Positions 61,819 through 64,000 of a stretch of 64,000 nucleotides of DNA are shown piece after piece. Positions within the stretch are counted from its first letter, which is position 1. Each line of letters opens with the position of its first letter. Source of the DNA: a virus. A program made the position numbers and the translations under genes. A model generated the notes under the pieces. That model saw only the letters and a program-made list of their open reading frames with translations, did no database searches and was not told where the DNA came from. The stretch lies in the IMG/VR virus record IMGVR_UViG_3300044971_004534. One strand, given 5' to 3'.

Positions 61819-62454
61819 ATGAATGATACAAATTTCGACACCTCTTTTACTCAGCTTGTTTCTTATCCTCGAACTGGTAGTCATTATGTAAGAATAGTTA
61901 TTGAGGATTGTACAGGGTCTCCATGTGCTCCAACTTCTTTTCTAGGAAATGAAGGCGTAAAGCCATGGGGTTTTCATCTTCATGATAGAATTGTTGGTAA
62001 AGGAGATGAGGGTGTGGTGTCTGGATTTGACAAAGTTATCTATTTGTATAGAAACCCGGTTGACACCATCTTTTCGCACATTAAATATCAAGGTACGGAA
62101 GATTGGATTTCAATAGCTAGCGAATATAAAATGCATTTGCTAAGATGGTTGCACAACCACTCTGACTGTAAAAGTGTTTTAGTTAAAAATTATGATGACA
62201 TATTAAGAAATCCAGTTCGTCACTTTAATGATATTCTTAATTATATTAATTTTGAAGTAGACAAGAATAGACTGTCAACGGCCATAGGAAGAACAACAAT
62301 TGGCAGAGTAAAGGCGTTAACGGACAAGATTGACAACAAAGTAGTCAGCGATAGTCATTTTGACGGAAAATACGTGATAGACAAATCTGTTTTTATTTCA
62401 AATCATGGTGAAGAAATACATAAAATGTTTGATGGAATTTATACTTATGAGTGA
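61819..62454 (+). CDS. sulfotransferase
   Basis: 5'-PSB-like 'SYPRTGSHYVRIVIE' (compare PKSGTTW) and 3'-PB-like 'VIYLYRNPVDTIFS' (compare RNPxDxxxS). Confidence 0.55.
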   Translation: MNDTNFDTSFTQLVSYPRTGSHYVRIVIEDCTGSPCAPTSFLGNEGVKPWGFHLHDRIVGKGDEGVVSGFDKVIYLYRNPVDTIFSHIKYQGTEDWISIASEYKMHLLRWLHNHSDCKSVLVKNYDDILRNPVRHFNDILNYINFEVDKNRLSTAIGRTTIGRVKALTDKIDNKVVSDSHFDGKYVIDKSVFISNHGEEIHKMFDGIYTYE

Positions 62455-63388
62455 ATATAAAATAATAAATTTTATTGACGAAAATATCAGTCATGCTAAA
62501 ACCTGGAAACACGGCAGCATTATGTGCGGCTGTCGTGTTGGCGAAGAAAATATTGGCAAATATTACACTCCCCCAAAAAATATATGGGTAAAAAAGCAAA
62601 AAAGATTTCATAAAAATGAAATAGACAGCGGAATATCAGTTTTTACCGATCAGACATTTTGCACAGTAAAGAATTATGAATCAGATTTTAAAGTTGCTTT
62701 AATATTAGAGCCTCCTATAGAAGCAAGAGGCGCTTATGAAAAAATATTAGACTATGAAAACGACTTTGATTTTATTTTTACTTTTGAAAAACGATTGCTT
62801 GAGCGAAACAGTGAGAAGTATAAGTTTATGCCCGCAGACTTTGTGACACTACAAGACGAAGTACACAGTATAAAAGAGAAAAATAAGCATTTATCCATGG
62901 TGTATTCTGGAATGCGTGGTCATAATAGGGATCTTAGACATGAAGTGGCAAACGTTTTTAAAAATAATATAGACCTTTATGGAAGCGGTAGCCCAAAAGG
63001 ACATCTAGATTTAAAGTCAGATAGTCTTGTTGACTACAGATTTTCTATAGTTATAGAAAATTCCACTCCATTTGATTACTATTTTACAGAAAAAATACTA
63101 GATTGTTTTATTGTTGGGAATATTCCAATATATAATGGAACTAAATCAATTGATAAATTTTTTGATAAACGTGGTTTTTTTACATGGTCATCATTAGAAG
63201 AGCTTAAATCTATTTTAGATAGATTGTCGGAAGAAGAATATTTAAAAATGCTACCTTTTATAAAAACCAATTATGAGCTAGCTAAAAAATATGTAAGTGC
63301 AGATGACGTTATGACAGAATTAATATATTCATGTTTTGAAAATCCGACGACAAATACTATGGAAAAATATATTTACCAATGGAGATAG
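62447..63388 (+). CDS. GT10-like alpha-1,3-fucosyltransferase
   Basis: 'RFSIVIENSTPFDYYFTEKILDCFIVGNIPIYNG' matches the FucT motif 'F.L.FEN.....YVTEK......G.IP.Y.G'. The ATG at 62447 overlaps the upstream stop. Confidence 0.65.
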   Translation: MSEYKIINFIDENISHAKTWKHGSIMCGCRVGEENIGKYYTPPKNIWVKKQKRFHKNEIDSGISVFTDQTFCTVKNYESDFKVALILEPPIEARGAYEKILDYENDFDFIFTFEKRLLERNSEKYKFMPADFVTLQDEVHSIKEKNKHLSMVYSGMRGHNRDLRHEVANVFKNNIDLYGSGSPKGHLDLKSDSLVDYRFSIVIENSTPFDYYFTEKILDCFIVGNIPIYNGTKSIDKFFDKRGFFTWSSLEELKSILDRLSEEEYLKMLPFIKTNYELAKKYVSADDVMTELIYSCFENPTTNTMEKYIYQWR

Positions 63389-63389
63389 T

Positions 63390-64000
63390 ATGAAAATTTT
63401 ATATTATGATACGCAAAAGTATCCATTCAGAGATTTATTGCAAACAGTTTATAGCACAGATTTAACTAGCTTAGATACTGATGATGCTAAAAAGAACTTA
63501 ACTTTAGGCAATGACACTAAAACTTCTTTACACAAAGAGTTCTATAAAAAAATAGATGCTGGTTGGCCTGAGTTTATGGACTTGTACAAATCTTTCATAT
63601 CAAACGTCATACATCCTATGTTTGAAGATGACATTTTGATATATCAAAAAACTCCTGGAATTAGATTTTGCAGACCTGGGGCTAAAGCTGTATATAAATG
63701 GCATTCTGATGGAGATAAGGATCACAAGCATCCTCTAGGAGAAGTAAATATATTTTTGCCGCTCACTAAATGTTTTGATACTAATTCTGTATGGTTTGAG
63801 ACAATACCTGGAATGGGCGATTGGCGTCCTTTAGACATTGATTACGGTCAATTTTATATAGGATATTGGAATCAATGCAGACACGGAAATAAAGAGAATT
63901 CAACAGGCAAGACTAGGGTAAGTTTTGATTTCAGGGTAATTCCAGGATTTGCATACGATGAAAATTGTGATTTACAAAGCTGTACTACAAAGCAGCGATT
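63390..64000 (+). CDS. possible cupin/Fe(II)-dioxygenase-like protein, 3' end outside window (not in ORF track)
   Basis: My translation from the ATG at 63390 (GGAG upstream) is open to the window end: 'MKILYYDTQKYPF...KWHSDGDKDHKHPLGEVNIFLPL...QCRHGNKENSTGKTRVSFDFRV'. HxD...H spacing suggests a double-stranded beta-helix. Confidence 0.35.
   Translation, partial: MKILYYDTQKYPFRDLLQTVYSTDLTSLDTDDAKKNLTLGNDTKTSLHKEFYKKIDAGWPEFMDLYKSFISNVIHPMFEDDILIYQKTPGIRFCRPGAKAVYKWHSDGDKDHKHPLGEVNIFLPLTKCFDTNSVWFETIPGMGDWRPLDIDYGQFYIGYWNQCRHGNKENSTGKTRVSFDFRVIPGFAYDENCDLQSCTTKQR

Noticed and set aside
1-64000. Eukaryotic giant virus (NCLDV) origin, suggested by giant ORFs, the SET domain, GT25, FucT, the TilS-like gene and the RuvC-like resolvase
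   Set aside because: Genes carry GGAG-type Shine-Dalgarno motifs at the right spacing. Many are linked by ATGA/TAATG overlaps in operon-like strings. A sigma-70-like factor is encoded, and tRNA-Gln has the bacterial U1-A72 pair. A prokaryotic host is much more likely, though this is not proven.

Overview
AT-rich, very gene-dense sequence with prokaryotic gene organisation: GGAG-type Shine-Dalgarno motifs, many ATGA/TAATG start-stop overlaps, a sigma-70-like gene, and a tRNA-Gln with a bacterial-type U1-A72 pair. Most ORFs have no recognisable family. The content fits a fragment of a very large (jumbo or huge) bacteriophage or a related mobile element. No terminase, portal or capsid gene is recognisable here, so that assignment is an inference.

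Layout:
- 1-6.1 kb: replication and recombination genes (clamp-like, RuvC-like resolvase, sugar-nucleotide epimerase) plus small unknown ORFs.
- 6.1-31.6 kb: three translationally coupled giant ORFs (1946, 3931 and 2617 aa). They are built from propeller-like repeats, poly-Ser linkers, a Hint autoprocessing domain, a dockerin-like module and an HExxH/Cys-rich C-terminus.
- 32-34.9 kb: MoxR/CobS-like AAA+ ATPase with a VWA/metallopeptidase partner.
- About 35-44.4 kb: a GC-richer mosaic with different codon usage. It carries dCMP deaminase, a sigma factor, a SET-domain protein, a secreted M43 peptidase, a deaminase-TilS-GuaC operon, a small ABC-like ATPase cassette and a PD-(D/E)xK-like protein.
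- 44.4-49.8 kb: tRNA-Ser(GGA), an AbrB-like protein, a Dps-like protein and an SNF2 helicase. tRNA-Gln(UUG) lies further on, at 55.3 kb.
- 49.8-64 kb: a large glycan synthesis and tailoring locus (GT2, a GT2-methyltransferase-GT4 fusion, GT25, exostosin-like, sulfotransferase, GT10 fucosyltransferase and others).

The most interesting candidates are the giant-protein operon, possibly paired with the glycan locus; a promoter-like motif recurring four times that may pair with the encoded sigma factor; and the tRNA and nucleotide-pool reprogramming genes. All family calls come from reading motifs by eye. No searches were run.
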